The notes under the pieces were generated by a model. The model did no database searches. It saw only the letters and a program-made list of their open reading frames with translations, and was not told the origin of the DNA. A stretch of 64,000 bases of DNA, taken from the NCBI RefSeq assembly GCF_041913825.1, contig NZ_JAYSEO010000008.1, forward strand, positions 128,047 through 192,046, read 5' to 3'. Below are positions 16,667 through 25,810 of the stretch, one piece after another. The DNA comes from Phenylobacterium sp. Lineage in GTDB: Bacteria; Pseudomonadota; Alphaproteobacteria; Caulobacterales; Caulobacteraceae. Position numbers and translations under genes: made by a program. Position 1 is the stretch's first letter; every line of letters starts with the position of its first letter.

Positions 16667-18342
16667 CAGACGCCCGCGAGCATGAAGTCGTAGAGGGCCC
16701 GCATCTCGTCGGTGCGGCGGGACTCGGGCTGGCCGGCATAGAGGTAGGCCAGGAGCGCGCCAAGGGTGGAGGCCAGGGTCTTCTCCACCGCCGCCCGCAG
16801 CTCGGCCGCCAGCGCGTCGTCCACCGGGCCGTAGACACGGCCGGCGAAGACCGCGACGCCCTCGATCCGGTCGGCGAACATGTTCCGCATCAGCTCGGCG
16901 TCCCAGCGGGCCGTCGCCGTATCCGCCGCCACCGCCGCGCGGAGCCAGGGACCGAGCGGCTCGAAGCCGAAGTCGACGTAACTCGGCGCGGCCGTGTCCA
17001 CCGACAGCCGCCGCGCGCGGCGCGCGAACTCGGCGAGCGTCTCGCCGGCCGGGGCGCCGGGGGCCGGCGTCCAGGTCTCGAAGAGGGCGTACAGCGCGCC
17101 GGCCGCGGCGACGATGCCCCGCACCGACTCGACGATCGGACGGCCGAAGTCCGGGAAGACGTCGGTCAGGAACAGCACATCCACGAAGGTGCGCTTCAGG
17201 TGGTAGCGAGCCGGGCGGTTGTGCGAGTGGATGATCTTGGCCGACGAGACCATGGCCAGCCGATGGCCCTCGCGGATCATCCGGACGCCCAGGATCAGGT
17301 CCTCGGCGTAGCGGCCCTCGTAGCGGTACGACTGGAAGGTCTCGGCCGGGATCAGGCAGGCCACGTCGCTGAGTTGGCCCTGCGAGCGGAGCGACATGTG
17401 GTCCCGCTCGATCATTTCTCCGACGCGGTCGGAGTCGCGGCAGCCCAGGAAGGCGTAGTGGGTGTCGACGCCCGCGTTGTAGAGCAGCTCGCTGTCGCGG
17501 CGGGGGAACTCGGTGCACGAGAGCGCCGAGACGCGCTCCTCCTCCTTCGCCGGCTGCAGCAGGGCGCGCGCCAGCGCGTACAGCCAGTTGTCGCTGACCG
17601 GATAGGCGTCCTGCACCGTGAACAGGTAGAGGTCGCCGGTGGCGTTGTCCGCGCCCAGGTTGCGCGCATAGCTGTGCGAGAACTCGCTGTTCGGGATCCG
17701 AACCACCGTGCAGCCGTGCGCCTCGGCCATCTCCGGCGTGCCGTCGGTGGAGCCGGAATCGACCACCACGATCTCGACCCCGGCCAGGCCACGCTGAGCG
17801 CGCAGCTTGCGCAGCAGCCAGTAGAACTCGGCGCCCGCGTTCCAGGTGGGGATGATGACCGAGACGGTCACGTCGATCGGGTCCAGCGCCTCGCCCGTGA
17901 GCTCGGGCAGCCAGGCCAGGTTCCCGGCCAGCGGGAAGGCGAGCGGCTTCAGCTTCGGAGGCGGCGCCGCGGAGAGCGGGGCCACCGCCGGCGGCGGCGC
18001 GGGCTCGGGAGCCCAGACCGCCGGCTGCGGACGCGGCGAGCGGGCCTTGAGGCCCAGCCGCTCCAGCACGTCGCGCACGGTGATCTGCCCACGCAGCAGC
18101 AGCATGATCGCCCGCAGCGGCCGGGTCAGCCGCCACGAGGTGGAGCGCATGATCTCCTCGATCCGCAGGGCCTGCTCACGGCGGACTTCCTGCAGGATGG
18201 CGATCTCGGTGCGCAGGGCCGCGATCTGCCGCTCCGCGCCCTCGAGCTTGCGCCGCAGGACCTCGGCCTCGCTGAGCGCGGCCGGCGCGCGGGGAGAGCG
18301 GCGACCTTCCTTCGGTCGCTTCTGCGGAGTGGCGGCGGGCAT
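16666..18342 (-). CDS. GT2 glycosyltransferase with N-terminal coiled coil and SWRLTRPLR motif
   Basis: VSVIIPTWNAG and VDSGSTDGT motifs. Coiled-coil-like LRRKLEGAERQIAALRTEIAILQEVRREQALRIEEI. The start is probably ATG 18342 (MPAATPQK); the track start 18426 would nearly collide with the divergent gene. Confidence 0.8.
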   Translation of the reverse strand: MPAATPQKRPKEGRRSPRAPAALSEAEVLRRKLEGAERQIAALRTEIAILQEVRREQALRIEEIMRSTSWRLTRPLRAIMLLLRGQITVRDVLERLGLKARSPRPQPAVWAPEPAPPPAVAPLSAAPPPKLKPLAFPLAGNLAWLPELTGEALDPIDVTVSVIIPTWNAGAEFYWLLRKLRAQRGLAGVEIVVVDSGSTDGTPEMAEAHGCTVVRIPNSEFSHSYARNLGADNATGDLYLFTVQDAYPVSDNWLYALARALLQPAKEEERVSALSCTEFPRRDSELLYNAGVDTHYAFLGCRDSDRVGEMIERDHMSLRSQGQLSDVACLIPAETFQSYRYEGRYAEDLILGVRMIREGHRLAMVSSAKIIHSHNRPARYHLKRTFVDVLFLTDVFPDFGRPIVESVRGIVAAAGALYALFETWTPAPGAPAGETLAEFARRARRLSVDTAAPSYVDFGFEPLGPWLRAAVAADTATARWDAELMRNMFADRIEGVAVFAGRVYGPVDDALAAELRAAVEKTLASTLGALLAYLYAGQPESRRTDEMRALYDFMLAGV

Positions 18343-18436
18343 GGGGCCGCTTAGCAGACCTCCGTGCGGGCGCAAAGGCGCGGCGCCAATCGGCCGCGCG
18401 TGCGTTGTTGGCGACCTATCACCCAAGGAGCGTCAA

Positions 18437-18859
18437 ATGAGCGTCTTCGGCTCGATCATGTCCAAGATCTTCAAGCGCGGCGAGGCCCACGCGCCGCAGG
18501 CGCCGCAGCAGCAGGCCCCGTCGCCCGCCCAGCGCCCGGCTGCGCCCGCCCCGCAACCGCAGGTCCAGGCCGCACCCGCCCCGACCGCGCCGACCCCCAT
18601 GGCCGCGGTCGACGTGGAGGCCGTGCTGAACGTGATGGCGCAGGACAATTCCCAGAAGCTCGACTGGCGTCACTCCATCGTCGACCTGATGAAGCTGCTG
18701 TCGATCGACTCCAGCCTGCAGAACCGCCGCGCGCTCGCGGAGGAACTGGGTTACTCTGGGGACAAGGAAGATTCAGCGGCCATGAACATCTGGCTGCACA
18801 AGGCGGTCATGAACAAGCTCGCCGAGAATGGCGGTTTGGTTCCGGACTCGCTGCGCTAG
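18437..18859 (+). CDS. DUF3597-like small protein
   Basis: ATG 18437 with AAGGAG 6 nt upstream. MSVFGSIMSKIFKRGE..., a Pro/Ala/Gln-rich linker, then a conserved C-terminal domain (LDWRHSIVDLMKLLSIDSS...). The family call is from memory. Confidence 0.7.
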   Translation: MSVFGSIMSKIFKRGEAHAPQAPQQQAPSPAQRPAAPAPQPQVQAAPAPTAPTPMAAVDVEAVLNVMAQDNSQKLDWRHSIVDLMKLLSIDSSLQNRRALAEELGYSGDKEDSAAMNIWLHKAVMNKLAENGGLVPDSLR

Positions 18860-19139
18860 TCGCCCGCAAGATCCAAACCTGAGGCGCCCCTCAAGCGCCA
18901 CAGTAAGAACACCTGCGCCGCAAGGTCGGGCGACGGCGGTTACTGATCCCGCGAGCCGCCGGACGCCCGATCTTCTGCGGCCCGGCCGGGCGCAAACCTC
19001 CAAGCTTGGCCGTAGCCTTTGCGCCGACTAGCGACCTGCGCTATTCTGCCGCAGGCGGGATTTGGTCGCGCCTGTGGATCGCCCCTGGGTCCTGCGCCAT
19101 CAATGGGCCGGGGACGGTTCGTGATGCGGAGGCCGGCGG

Positions 19140-19568
19140 GTGCTTGTTCTCGTCGTCGAAGACGAACCAATGATCGCGGCCTCCATCGAGTGGGAGCTGC
19201 TGGACGCCGGATACGACGTCCTGGGGCCGGCCGGCTGCGTCGCCGAAGCCGAAGCGCTGGTGGCGGCCTCACGCCCGGACCTGGCGCTCATCGACATCAA
19301 CCTCGCGGGGCATGACGAGGGCGTGGCCCTGGCCCGCGAGCTGAAGGCGCGCCAGGGCGTCCCCTGCGTGTTCGTCACCGGCCAGGTGGTCCAGGCCCGG
19401 CAGGCGGCCGATGCGGCGCTGGGCGTGCTGACGAAGCCGTTCAGCTTCCGCGCCCTCGTGGAGACCGTGCCCGTGGCGGCCGCCGTCGCGGAAGGCCGCC
19501 GCCCCGCCCGCCTGCCCCGAGGCCTCGAGCTGTTCGGCGGCGATTGCGCCGTGGCCGACGCGAGCTAG
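19140..19568 (+). CDS. Single-domain response regulator (receiver only)
   Basis: VVEDEP acidic pocket, phospho-acceptor in DLALIDINL, and LTKPF lysine. GTG start. Confidence 0.8.
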   Translation: MLVLVVEDEPMIAASIEWELLDAGYDVLGPAGCVAEAEALVAASRPDLALIDINLAGHDEGVALARELKARQGVPCVFVTGQVVQARQAADAALGVLTKPFSFRALVETVPVAAAVAEGRRPARLPRGLELFGGDCAVADAS

Positions 19569-19768
19569 TCCTCTCGCGGCGCGAAGCTCCGCGGCTCGTC
19601 ACGCACCACCACGCGCGCGTCGCTGCCGCTGGCCCGCAGGATCTTCGCCGCTTCCGCCGCCAGCCGCTGCGCGTCGCGCTCGGTCCCGGCCAGGGCGAGC
19701 AGCTCGCAGCCGGCGCTCACGCCCCAGCGGTCGCCCGCGGGCGCCACCACCAGCTCGTTCGGGTTCAA
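19565..19768 (-). CDS. Small hypothetical protein, DUF2188-like pattern
   Basis: TTG 19768 (TTGA overlap with the upstream ORF stop). LVVAPAGDRWGVSAG...ERDAQRLAAEAAKILRASGSDARVVVRDE. Weak call. Confidence 0.35.
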   Translation of the reverse strand: MNPNELVVAPAGDRWGVSAGCELLALAGTERDAQRLAAEAAKILRASGSDARVVVRDEPRSFAPRED

Positions 19769-19977
19769 CGGCGCGCCTCGGCCTGCGCCAGGGCGGAGCG
19801 GGCCGCCTGGAAGTTCCACGACGGCACCAGCGGGACGTACAGCCGCGCGCCGCTCGGCAGCGTGTAGACCTCCACCCGGGTGCCGTTGGCGGTCTGCTTC
19901 ACCTTCACCGCGCGCAGTCTGGGCGACACGTCCGCACCTCCGGCCCGCGCCACCATGGCTGCGGGGACGGCTGACAA
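19765..19977 (-). CDS. Small hypothetical protein
   Basis: 70-aa ORF with no recognisable motif. Supported only by the apparent coupling to the downstream small ORF. Confidence 0.3.
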   Translation of the reverse strand: MSAVPAAMVARAGGADVSPRLRAVKVKQTANGTRVEVYTLPSGARLYVPLVPSWNFQAARSALAQAEARR

Positions 19978-20073
19978 CCCGGGGCCATGCGCGGCGGTTC
20001 CAGCGGCTCCCTCTTGGAGCCGCGCCGCGAAAGCCTTAGCTTCGCAACTGCGGGAAGACCGGAGAGCCAGCGC

Positions 20074-20418
20074 ATGAAGATGATCATGGCGGTCATCAAG
20101 CCGAGCCGCCTCGACGCGGTGCTCGAAGCCGTCACAGAGGCCGGCGCATCCGGCCTCACGGTCACCGAGGTGCGCGGCTACGGCCGCCAGCGCGGCAAGA
20201 CCGAGGTCTACCGGGGCGCGGAGTACGAGGTGAAGCTGCTGCCCAAGGTGAAGCTGGAGATCGCCGCCCCGTCCGACATCGTCGACGCGGTCATCGAGGC
20301 GATCCAGCGCTCCGCGAACACCGGCAAGATCGGAGACGGCAAGATCTTCGTGCTCGACCTCGAGCAGGCCCTGCGCATCCGCACCGGCGACCGCGACGCG
20401 GCCGCCATCGCCGGCTAG
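20074..20418 (+). CDS. P-II family nitrogen regulatory protein (GlnB/GlnK-like), not linked to glnA or amtB in this window
   Basis: MKMIMAVIKPSRLDAVLEAV...TEVRGYGRQRGKTEVYRGAEYEV (T-loop with Tyr) ...TGKIGDGKIFV. ATG 20074 with GGAGAG 7 nt upstream. Confidence 0.9.
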   Translation: MKMIMAVIKPSRLDAVLEAVTEAGASGLTVTEVRGYGRQRGKTEVYRGAEYEVKLLPKVKLEIAAPSDIVDAVIEAIQRSANTGKIGDGKIFVLDLEQALRIRTGDRDAAAIAG

Positions 20419-21128
20419 GCCTTCGCCTTCCGCCGCGCGCGCGGCTTCGGCTCGGGCTCGGCTCGCGGCATGGCCACTTCGCCGAACAGGTCGGTTGGCA
20501 CCGCCTCGGGCCGGCTCTCGGCCCGGCGGCTCAGCAGGAACAGCGCCGACTCCGAGCGCCAGTTCTCGATCGGCTTCTCGGGATCAATCGCCCGCGCCGG
20601 CTTGCCGTTGGCCAGCGACGCGCAGGAATCGATCCGCAGGTCCAGGTCGCGGCAGAGGTCGGTGAAGTCGCGCAGGGTGCAGAGGTGGATGTTCGGCGTC
20701 GACCACCACGGGTCCGGCAGGGCCCGGGTCTCCGGCATCCGCCCGCGCGTCATCAGCGACAGCCGCATCCGCCAATGGCCGAAGTTCGGCACCGAGACGA
20801 TGGCCTGGTCGGCGATCCGCAACAGCTCGGAGAGCACGTGCCGCGGCTCGCGCATCTGCTGCAGGGTCTTGGACAGGATGGCGTAGTCGAACGAGCGGCT
20901 GGGGAAGTGATCGAGGTCCCGGTCGCCGTCGCCCTGCACCACGGCGAGGCCGCGGGCCAGGCAGGCGGCCACCCCCTCGGGACTGATCTCCAGGCCCTGA
21001 CCGTCCACCCGCTTCTCGCGGGTGAGAAGCTCCAGAAGCTCGCCCTCGCCGCAGCCGACGTCGAGCACCCGCGCGCCCGGACGCACGAGCCGCAGGATCT
21101 CGCGGAAGTCCTCGCGAATGGAGGTCAC
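20415..21128 (-). CDS. metW: Methionine biosynthesis protein MetW
   Basis: [32 protein letters not shown]... GTG 21128 overlaps the metX stop (GTGA). Confidence 0.9.
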   Translation of the reverse strand: MTSIREDFREILRLVRPGARVLDVGCGEGELLELLTREKRVDGQGLEISPEGVAACLARGLAVVQGDGDRDLDHFPSRSFDYAILSKTLQQMREPRHVLSELLRIADQAIVSVPNFGHWRMRLSLMTRGRMPETRALPDPWWSTPNIHLCTLRDFTDLCRDLDLRIDSCASLANGKPARAIDPEKPIENWRSESALFLLSRRAESRPEAVPTDLFGEVAMPRAEPEPKPRARRKAKA

Positions 21129-22282
21129 GAGAGCCCTCGCGCCTGGGCCGTCGAGCTGATGAACCCGCGCAGGGTCGCGTCGAGCTGCGGCTCGTCGAGG
21201 AAGAAGGCGTCGTGCCCCTTGTCTGTCTCGATCTCCACGAAGCTGGCGCGGCAGCCCGCGGCGTTCAGCGCGCGCACGATGTCGCGGCTCTCTGCTGTGG
21301 AGTAGAGCCAGTCGGACGAGAACGACAGCACCATGAAGCGCACGCCGCGGGCCTTCTGGAACGCCTGGGCCAGCACGCCGCCGTGGTTCGCGGCGAGGTC
21401 GAAGTAGTCGAGCGCGCGAGTGATGTAGAGGTAGGAGTTGGCGTCGAACCGGTCGACGAAGCTCGCCCCCTGGTGCCGCAGGTAGCTCTCCACCTGGAAG
21501 TCGGCGTCGAAACCCCAGGAGAGGCCGTCCTTGCGCAGCTCGCGCCCGAACTTGCGCTGCAGCGCCGCCTCCGAGAGGTAGGTGATGTGCGCGGCCATGC
21601 GGGCCACCGCCAGCCCCTTTGACGGGCTGACCCCGGCCTTCTCGTAGTCGCCGCCGCGCCAGTCCGGGTCGGCCATGATCGCTTGGCGCCCCACCTCGTG
21701 GAAAGCGATATTCTGGGCCGAGTGGCGCGCCGCCGAGGCGATACAGACCGCGCTGAACAGCTTCTCGGGATAATCGGCGGCCCACTGCAGCACCTGCATG
21801 CCGCCCATTGAGCCGCCCACCACCGCGAACAGGGTCTCGATGCCCATGGCCTCGATCAGCATCGCCTGCGCCCGCACCATGTCGGCGATGGTGATCATCG
21901 GGAAGGTCAGGCCGTAGGGCGCGCCCGTCTCCGGATTGACGGAGCCCGGGCCCGTGGAGCCCATGCAGCCGCCGACCACATTGGTGGCGATAACGAAGTA
22001 GCGGTCGGTGTCGAGCGGCAGGCCCGGCCCGATGACACGGTCCCACCAGCCGGGCTTGCCGGTGATCGGGTGCGGCGACGCCGCGTGCTGGTCGCCGGTG
22101 AGGGCGTGGCAGACGAGCACCGCGTTGGTCCTGGTCTCGTTCAGCCGGCCGTAGGTGTTGTAGCCGATCTCCAGCGGAGCCAGCGTCGCGCCCGAATCCA
22201 GGCGCAGCGGCCGGTTGGCGGGGAACTTCCAGGTTCCGCCGTCCGTCTCGATGGCCGGAGCAAGGGGGGACGTGTCGTCCAT
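21125..22282 (-). CDS. metX: Homoserine O-acetyltransferase
   Basis: 385 aa. [14 protein letters not shown], nucleophile elbow GGSMGGMQ, and the metX-metW pairing. Confidence 0.9.
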   Translation of the reverse strand: MDDTSPLAPAIETDGGTWKFPANRPLRLDSGATLAPLEIGYNTYGRLNETRTNAVLVCHALTGDQHAASPHPITGKPGWWDRVIGPGLPLDTDRYFVIATNVVGGCMGSTGPGSVNPETGAPYGLTFPMITIADMVRAQAMLIEAMGIETLFAVVGGSMGGMQVLQWAADYPEKLFSAVCIASAARHSAQNIAFHEVGRQAIMADPDWRGGDYEKAGVSPSKGLAVARMAAHITYLSEAALQRKFGRELRKDGLSWGFDADFQVESYLRHQGASFVDRFDANSYLYITRALDYFDLAANHGGVLAQAFQKARGVRFMVLSFSSDWLYSTAESRDIVRALNAAGCRASFVEIETDKGHDAFFLDEPQLDATLRGFISSTAQARGLS

Positions 22283-22374
22283 GGGCCTTCAAGACGGCCA
22301 AGCCCTTTCAGTGTCAATGGCTTCGCAGGGGCGGCGCGGCCCGCTATGAGGACCGCCAAGGGTTTCGAATCTCC

Positions 22375-22872
22375 ATGGACCGTCTGATCCTCTTCCGGCA
22401 CGGCAAGGCCGAGCCGGACTCCGCGAGCGGCGACGATTTCGATCGCCGGCTGGCGCCGCGTGGCGTCAGCGAATCGGCCGCCATGGGCGAGACCCTGGCC
22501 GATCTGGGGATGAAGCCCGACCTGGCGCTCGTCTCCTCCGCCGCCCGGACCCGCGAGACCTGGGCGGCCGCCGAGCCGGCGTTCGCCGGCGCCGAGGTCC
22601 GCTTCGAGAACGAGCTCTACCTGGCGGACGCCGGCTTCGTCCGGCAGGCCGCGGAGAAAGCCGGCCGCGAATGCCGCACCGTGCTGGTGGTCGGTCACAA
22701 TCCGGGCCTGCAGGAGCTTGCCGTGGACCTGCTCACCGAGGGCAAGGCGCCGCCGGCGCTCGTCGCCCGCGCCGCCCGCAACTTCCCGCCCGCAGCGGCG
22801 GCGGTGTTCCTGATCGACGCCAACGGCCGGCCTTCGTTCGACGGCCTGTTCTATCCGGAGCGCGGCGGGTGA
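22375..22872 (+). CDS. Histidine phosphatase family protein, SixA-like
   Basis: LILFRHGKAE (RHG motif) and VVGHNPG. 165 aa. Confidence 0.75.
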   Translation: MDRLILFRHGKAEPDSASGDDFDRRLAPRGVSESAAMGETLADLGMKPDLALVSSAARTRETWAAAEPAFAGAEVRFENELYLADAGFVRQAAEKAGRECRTVLVVGHNPGLQELAVDLLTEGKAPPALVARAARNFPPAAAAVFLIDANGRPSFDGLFYPERGG

Positions 22873-23210
22873 GCCGCATCTACAAGATCCTGCCGCGCGC
22901 CGAGTGGGCGGCCGCCGAGCGCGGCGGCCGCTTCGAGGGCTCGGCGATCGACCTGCAGGACGGCTACATCCACTTCTCCACTGCGGCCCAGGCGCCCGAA
23001 ACCGCGCGCCGCCACTTCGCCGGCCAAGCGGACCTCGTGGTGCTCGCGGTCGAGGCCGACGACCTGGGCTCCGCCCTGCGCTGGGAGCCGTCGCGCGGCG
23101 GCGACCTCTTCCCGCACCTCTACGCCGCGCTCGACGCCGGGTTGGTCCGCGCGGTCCTTGAGGCGCCGCTCGGCCCCGACGACGTCCCGGCCCTGCCGCA
23201 CCTCGCATGA
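22869..23210 (+). CDS. DUF952-like protein
   Basis: GTG 22869 (GTGA overlap). VSRIYKILPRAEWAAAERGGRFEGSAIDLQDGYIHFSTAAQ...GGDLFPHLY. The family call is from memory. Confidence 0.75.
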   Translation: MSRIYKILPRAEWAAAERGGRFEGSAIDLQDGYIHFSTAAQAPETARRHFAGQADLVVLAVEADDLGSALRWEPSRGGDLFPHLYAALDAGLVRAVLEAPLGPDDVPALPHLA

Positions 23211-24250
23211 GCCTGTTGCACGGCCTCGCCACCCGCGCCCTGCACGGCCTCGATCCCGAGGACGCGCACGGCCTCGCCATCCGCGCGCTGAAGGCCGGCC
23301 TCGGGCCCGTCGCCGGCCGCGACGATCCGATCCTGACCACGGAGGTTGCGGGCCTGCGGCTGCCGAACCCGGTCGGCCTCGCCCCCGGCTTCGACAAGAA
23401 CGCCGAAGTGTTCGGGCCCATGCTGCGCGCCGGCTTCGGCTTCGTGGAGTGCGGTACCGTCACGCCGCAGCCGCAGGCCGGCAACCCGCGCCCCCGGCTC
23501 TTCCGCCTCACCGAAGACCGGGCGGTGATCAACCGCATGGGCTTCAACAACGAAGGCCTCGAGCCCTTCGCCGCCCGCCTCGCCCGCCGCGGCCCCGGCG
23601 TGATCGGCGCCAACATCGGCGCCAACAAGGACTCCGAGGACCGCGTCGCCGACTACGTGGCCTGCCTGCGCAGGCTCTGGGGGCTGGCGAGCTATTTCAC
23701 CATCAACATCTCCTCGCCCAACACGCCCGGCCTGCGCGCGCTACAGACGAAGGCCGCGCTGGACGAGCTGCTCGGCCGGCTGGCCGAGGCGCGCGACGCG
23801 CTGCCGGCCGACGGCCGGGCGCCGATGTTCCTGAAGGTGGCGCCGGACCTCGCCGACGGCGAGGCCGAGGCCATCGTGGAGACCGTCCTGGCGCACGGTC
23901 TGTCCGGGATCGTGGTCTCCAACACCACCGTCGAGCGGCCGGCCCTCGCCTCCGCGCACCACCAGGAGACGGGCGGGCTGTCCGGCGCTCCCCTGGCCGC
24001 GCTGTCCACGAAAATGCTCGCCCGTTTCGCAGCGATCGCCGCCGGCCGGCTCGTGCTGATCGGGGCCGGCGGGATCGATTCGGGCGCCGCGGCCTACGCC
24101 AAGCTGCGGGCGGGCGCCTCGGCCGTGCAGCTCTATTCGGCCCTCGTCTTCGAGGGGCCGGGCCTCGTCGGACGCATCAAGCGCGAGCTCGCCGCGATCC
24201 TACGCGCCGAGGGCTTCCGTGCGGTCGGCGACGCCGTGGGCGCAAAATAG
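23207..24250 (+). CDS. pyrD: Dihydroorotate dehydrogenase (quinone), class 2
   Basis: GLAPGFDKNAE, GTVTPQPQAGNPRPRLFRL and RMGFNN motifs. ATGA overlap with the upstream gene. Confidence 0.92.
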   Translation: MSLLHGLATRALHGLDPEDAHGLAIRALKAGLGPVAGRDDPILTTEVAGLRLPNPVGLAPGFDKNAEVFGPMLRAGFGFVECGTVTPQPQAGNPRPRLFRLTEDRAVINRMGFNNEGLEPFAARLARRGPGVIGANIGANKDSEDRVADYVACLRRLWGLASYFTINISSPNTPGLRALQTKAALDELLGRLAEARDALPADGRAPMFLKVAPDLADGEAEAIVETVLAHGLSGIVVSNTTVERPALASAHHQETGGLSGAPLAALSTKMLARFAAIAAGRLVLIGAGGIDSGAAAYAKLRAGASAVQLYSALVFEGPGLVGRIKRELAAILRAEGFRAVGDAVGAK

Positions 24251-24325
24251 ACAATCCGGCATGAGACTCCGCCGGGACCCGGGACGCGTTGCCCAACCCT
24301 GTTCAGTGATTTAACGGGAGTGTCC

Positions 24326-25810
24326 ATGGCGGACGCGCCCTCGCCGCAGGAACTTCCCAGGCCGGTCAGGCGCCGCATCTTCTGGCCGGGCGGCCTTTCG
24401 GCCCGCCTGCTCACGCTCACCATCCTGTTCGTGGCCGCGGGCGGCATGATGGCCCTGCCGCCGGCCCTCGCCGCGTACCAGGAGAGCTGGCTGTTGGACC
24501 GGGTGCGGGCGGCCGAGACGATCTCGAGGATCTCCGACATCGCGCCCGAGCGCATGACGCTGCGCCAGCGCGAGCAGCTCCTGCAGGGTGCGGGCGTGGA
24601 ATGGGTGGCGATCTCCACCGAAGACGTGGGCCTGCGCCTCGTGCTGCAGGGCGAGCGTCGGCCACAGCGTCCTTACCTCATCGACCTGCGCCAGCAGGGT
24701 CCAGGCCCTTGGCTGGTGGGCCCGTTCAACACCCTGTTCGGCGGGGAAGGCCGCTATGTGCGGGTGCGCGCCGAGCCCCGGTTCATCCAGGCCGACTTCG
24801 TGGAGGTGGTGGCCCCGGACGCCGAGCTCAAGCAGGAGCTCTGGGGGTACCTCTGGCGGCTGATCATCATCGTCGCCTTCGTCTCCACCCTGGCCGGGGT
24901 GCTGGTCTATCTGTCGCTGAACCTGTTCCTGGTCCGGCCCATGCAGCGCATCACCTACGCCATGGAACGGTTCCGGGCCGATCCCGAGGACCCGGAGGCC
25001 CGTGTGCCGCTCTCCGGCCGCCGCGACGAGATCGGTCGCGCCGAGGCCGAGCTCGACCGGATGCAGGCGGACCTGCGCGCGGCGCTGAACTCGCGGGCGC
25101 GCCTCGCCGCGCTGGGTGAGGCAGTCGCGAAGATCAACCACGACCTGCGCAACATGCTCACCAGCGCCCAGATCGCCTCCGAGCGGCTGGCGGCGCTGAA
25201 GGATCCCAAGGTCAGTCAGGCCCTGCCCCGCCTGGAGCGCGCCCTCGACCGCGCTGTGAAGCTCGCCACCGACGTGCTGACCTACGGCAAGACCCAGGAA
25301 GCCGCGCCCGAGGCGCGCCCCATGCGCCTGGCCCCCGCCGTCGAGGCGGCCGCCGAGGAAGCCCGGCTGTCGGACGAAGGGGTGCGCCTGGTCTGCGAGG
25401 TGGGCCGGGCCGACCAGGTGATCGCCGACCCCGACCAGCTTCACCGCATCCTGGTGAACCTGCTGCGCAATGCGCGCGAGGCCATCGAGCACCAGGCCGG
25501 CCGCGGCGAGCCCGGCCAGATCCGCGTGGTCCTGGAGCAGCACGACGCCGTGAGCCTGGTGCGGATCTCGGACAACGGCCCCGGCATCCCGGCCAAGGCG
25601 CGCGACCGGCTGTTCCTGCCGTTCGCGGGATCCACCCGGCCCGAGGGCGCGGGCCTGGGCCTCGCCATCGCCCGCGAGCTCGCCCAGGGCCATGGCGGGG
25701 ACCTCTCGCTGGCGGAGACCGGCGAGGCGGGCTCCACCTTCGAGCTCCGCCTGCCCGGCGCCCCGCCCAAGGCGCCCGCCCGCAGCCGGGCGGCGCGCAC
25801 CCAGGCCTAG
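24326..25810 (+). CDS. Membrane sensor histidine kinase (2 TM, HAMP, HisKA, HATPase_c), no adjacent regulator
   Basis: H-box KINHDLRNML, G1 DNGPGIP, G2 GAGLGLAIAREL. ATG 24326 with GGGAG 5 nt upstream. Confidence 0.85.
   Translation: MADAPSPQELPRPVRRRIFWPGGLSARLLTLTILFVAAGGMMALPPALAAYQESWLLDRVRAAETISRISDIAPERMTLRQREQLLQGAGVEWVAISTEDVGLRLVLQGERRPQRPYLIDLRQQGPGPWLVGPFNTLFGGEGRYVRVRAEPRFIQADFVEVVAPDAELKQELWGYLWRLIIIVAFVSTLAGVLVYLSLNLFLVRPMQRITYAMERFRADPEDPEARVPLSGRRDEIGRAEAELDRMQADLRAALNSRARLAALGEAVAKINHDLRNMLTSAQIASERLAALKDPKVSQALPRLERALDRAVKLATDVLTYGKTQEAAPEARPMRLAPAVEAAAEEARLSDEGVRLVCEVGRADQVIADPDQLHRILVNLLRNAREAIEHQAGRGEPGQIRVVLEQHDAVSLVRISDNGPGIPAKARDRLFLPFAGSTRPEGAGLGLAIARELAQGHGGDLSLAETGEAGSTFELRLPGAPPKAPARSRAARTQA

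Noticed and set aside
15455-18136. Track ORFs that fuse two genes or add long N-terminal extensions (also 4425..5723, 12294..14009, 20415..22301, 10918..12591)
   Set aside because: The upstream parts are read-through across the preceding gene in a different frame. Internal ATG/GTG starts at 4-nt or 1-nt stop/start overlaps give proteins that begin exactly at recognisable N-termini.
19565-19977. Two coupled small minus-strand ORFs as a toxin-antitoxin pair
   Set aside because: There are no recognisable toxin or antitoxin motifs. One ORF looks DUF2188-like at best. Coding status itself is uncertain in this GC-rich context.
22283-22374. SAM-II riboswitch in the metX leader
   Set aside because: There is only a loose AAAGGGCU resemblance. 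I could not draw a pseudoknot or hairpin architecture. The whole divergent intergenic region is 92 nt. This needs a covariance-model search to settle.
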